DNA of 64,000 nt from Pristiophorus japonicus. Its lineage: Eukaryota. The stretch spans positions 193,998,001 through 194,062,000 of the forward strand of contig NC_091984.1 in the NCBI RefSeq assembly GCF_044704955.1, given 5' to 3'. Of the stretch, positions 61,733-64,000 are shown in pieces (position 1 is the first letter of the stretch; each line of letters starts with the position of its first letter). The translations under genes and the position numbers were made by a program. A model generated the notes under the pieces. That model did not search any database and was not told where the DNA came from. It saw nothing but the letters and a program-made list of their open reading frames with translations.

Positions 61733-64000
61733 AACCAATGGTAGAGCAGTGGAGGCGTGTCCTGCACAGTAGGAGCTGTGAGCAGTGAGAGGAGCAGCTA
61801 TCAACTTTTGCTCCTGCCTGGAGAGCCCTGAGAACAGCCCAGGAAGAGAAGGAAGGAAGGGGCTTCACCACCAACTTTCACCCAGAGGGAGAGGAGGAGA
61901 AAAGAAAACTTTTACTCACTTTTACCATTTCTACAAGGAGTTGGAGAGAGCTCTCTTTCTCTGTTTCTCCCCTCTCTCTCTGCGACCCCTTCCTCCTAAA
62001 TTTAAAAAACCAACAAAACAATTGAGACAACTGAGCAGAGGGAGCTAGGCCCCTCCCCAATTGCCAACTAGGGGAGAGGTGTGCCTCGTTAAGAGCTCCT
62101 CTGCTCAGTCTAATCAAACGAGGCCTAATTAAGACCATTAAGGCCTGTGACTTTGGGGTGGGTGTAGCCCTTAAAGGGACTCCGTGATGGCGACCCCATC
62201 CACGCCGGTGGCAGGGCCAGCGAAGACATATGCGCAGGTGGCAACCGCTTCCACGGCACCTCCTGCGCCACCCGCTGCCCTGCCACCATTCAGACTTATA
62301 ACAAAGAAACACGGGGTCAAGAGCTACACTCACCCCACAATGAGCATCGAGGAGTGCGTGCGGGCGATGGCTGGGGTAGTCGGCCCCTCGGCCATTGTCG
62401 CGGCCTCCAAGATGTCTGGGAAGGCTGTGTTCTTCCTGGGGTCGGAGCGGGCGGTGTCCCTGGCCCTCGAAAGGGGGCTCACGGTGGGTGGGACGTTCCT
62501 GCCGGTGGATCCCCTCGAGGCCACCGCGCAGAGGGTCATCGTGTCGAACGTGCCGCCCTTTGTTCCCGCTGGGCTCCTCCTCCCTCACCTACAACAACTG
62601 GGGGAGGTAAGGTCAGGGATCAACCCCATACCGCTCGGCCTCAGGGAGAGCAGCCTGCGCCACGTGTTCTCCTTCCGCCGCCAGCTCTTTGTCCGGCTGG
62701 CGCGGGAGGAGACGACGGAGGGGTCTTTTAATGTGGTGCACGAGGGGACTGCCTACCGCGTCTTCTGGACGTCGGACGGCGTGCGGTGCTGTGCCTGCAG
62801 AGAGGTGGGGCACATTCGCAAGAACTGACCCGCCTCCAAGGCCGCCAAACCACCGAAGGCGGCCAAGGCTGGCACCGCCGCCACCCCTCCCCCTAGTTGC
62901 GTCCGCGTGCCGGGAGCCATAGGTGCGCGGGCATCGCCGGGGGCCCTTGCTATTACGGCCTCCGGCGGGGGGGAGGAAGAGCATCCGATCGGAAGGAAGG
63001 CGCGGGAGAAGGCAAAACATCCAGAGGCGGGTCCCCTCGGTGCGCCAGACAATTTGTTTACCGCGCTCGGCCCAACCCAGTCACCGGCGAGCGCGGGGTG
63101 CCCCGAGCCCGTGCCCGAGCCCTTGAACAACACCACAGAGGGGCCCGGGCGCGGGCAAGAAAAGGAAAAGGGGGGGGCGGAGCGGGAGGCCTCGGCAGAC
63201 ATGGAGGTCTCCCTGCCTCCGCGCGCCCCCAGGAACAAAAGGAGGCGCGGCTCCGATGAGGCGGAGGGGCAACAACACCCCTCCGCGGAGGAGTCGGTGC
63301 CCGCCGCGTGTCCCGCGTCCCCAACCAGCGCCCCCAAGCTGCGCTGTAGGCGAGAGGAGTCTGTCCCCGGGGAGGGTGAGACAGTCGAGGCTGCCCAGCC
63401 TCTGCCTCCCGGGGATGGCGTGGAAGATCTGCCTGTCATGGGGGGCGTGGGGAACACGGAGGAATGCATTGCCGCCGGGCCGGGCGTCCCGGGGACTGAG
63501 GCGGGCGGGGCCGAAAAGGCCGAACCTGAGCCCGCCCAGCTATTAATCAACTTCCCCCGGGAGTCGCTCGACCCGGCAGAAACACAAATGATTGATTTTA
63601 ATGAAACTGTAGATGCTGGGCCGGGGTGTGGCAGCGGGGAGGGGGAGGAACACCCACCCTCGCCCCTTACTTTGGAGCTGGAGCACTTGGGGAGCCTGGG
63701 GATTTCCTATGGCCGGGTCTCTCCTTGTTCCCCGGTTCCTGGGGCGGAGGGGGAACCCCTTCTGCTGTCGTTTCCCGACCCAGCACCATTTTTAAAAGAG
63801 CCCAGTGGGGACTCCTCTGCCGACGATCCTGGGGGTGGGATCGGGGCAGAGCCAGGGCCGGTTGGAGCGGCCGGGTCATTTGCCGTACCTTGTGCGGTCG
63901 ATGGGCCGGCTGCTGGCGGCCACCTCCCGGAGGAGGACGGGGACTCGGTGGGGGACGCGGGAGAAAACCTAGAGACCACCGCCAGCGAGGCGGTGGATCT
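61733..64000 (+). mobile_element. Tx1-clade element, copy B (5'UTR and ORF1, runs off the window)
   Basis: About 450 bp of leader, then an ORF1-like protein in the same orientation as copy A. Confidence 0.85.
62187..64000 (+). pseudogene. Tx1-type ORF1 (gag-like) with a nonsense change in the zinc knuckle
   Basis: TYAQV, AASKMSGKAVFFL, VSNVPPF and LRHVFSFRRQ, then C.ACREVGHIRKN* with TGA at 62826-62828 where the last Cys is expected. A Pro/Glu/Ala-rich frame follows. Confidence 0.82.

Noticed and set aside
59575-63979. Many overlapping and antisense ORFs (for example 62753-63550 minus)
   Set aside because: These are expected shadows of GC-rich Tx1 coding sequence.

Overview
This is repeat-dense vertebrate DNA, intronic or intergenic. 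The CR1 LINEs with (TTCTTATG)n/(TTTCTATG)n tails and the SacSINE1-like Deu-domain SINEs point to a cartilaginous fish (inference). I could not support any host protein-coding exon, RNA gene or CRISPR array, and nearly all long ORFs are transposon-derived. The window holds about a dozen CR1 fragments; L2, RTE and SINE relics; two full-length Gypsy LTR retrotransposons (13676-18091 minus, 53229-57942 plus); two solo LTRs; a full-length degenerate Harbinger with transposase and Myb genes (47677-51993); several Harbinger-type MITEs; and two young head-to-tail Tx1-clade non-LTR elements (59247 to window end). The best lead is the Tx1 pair. Both copies start immediately after the same CR1-derived motif, TTCATGCACAAGG, and an unoccupied copy of that motif sits in another CR1 at 42464-42478. 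This suggests a sequence-specific retrotransposon that targets CR1 LINEs and stacks in tandem. All calls were made by eye, so element boundaries without a stated TSD or TIR are approximate.
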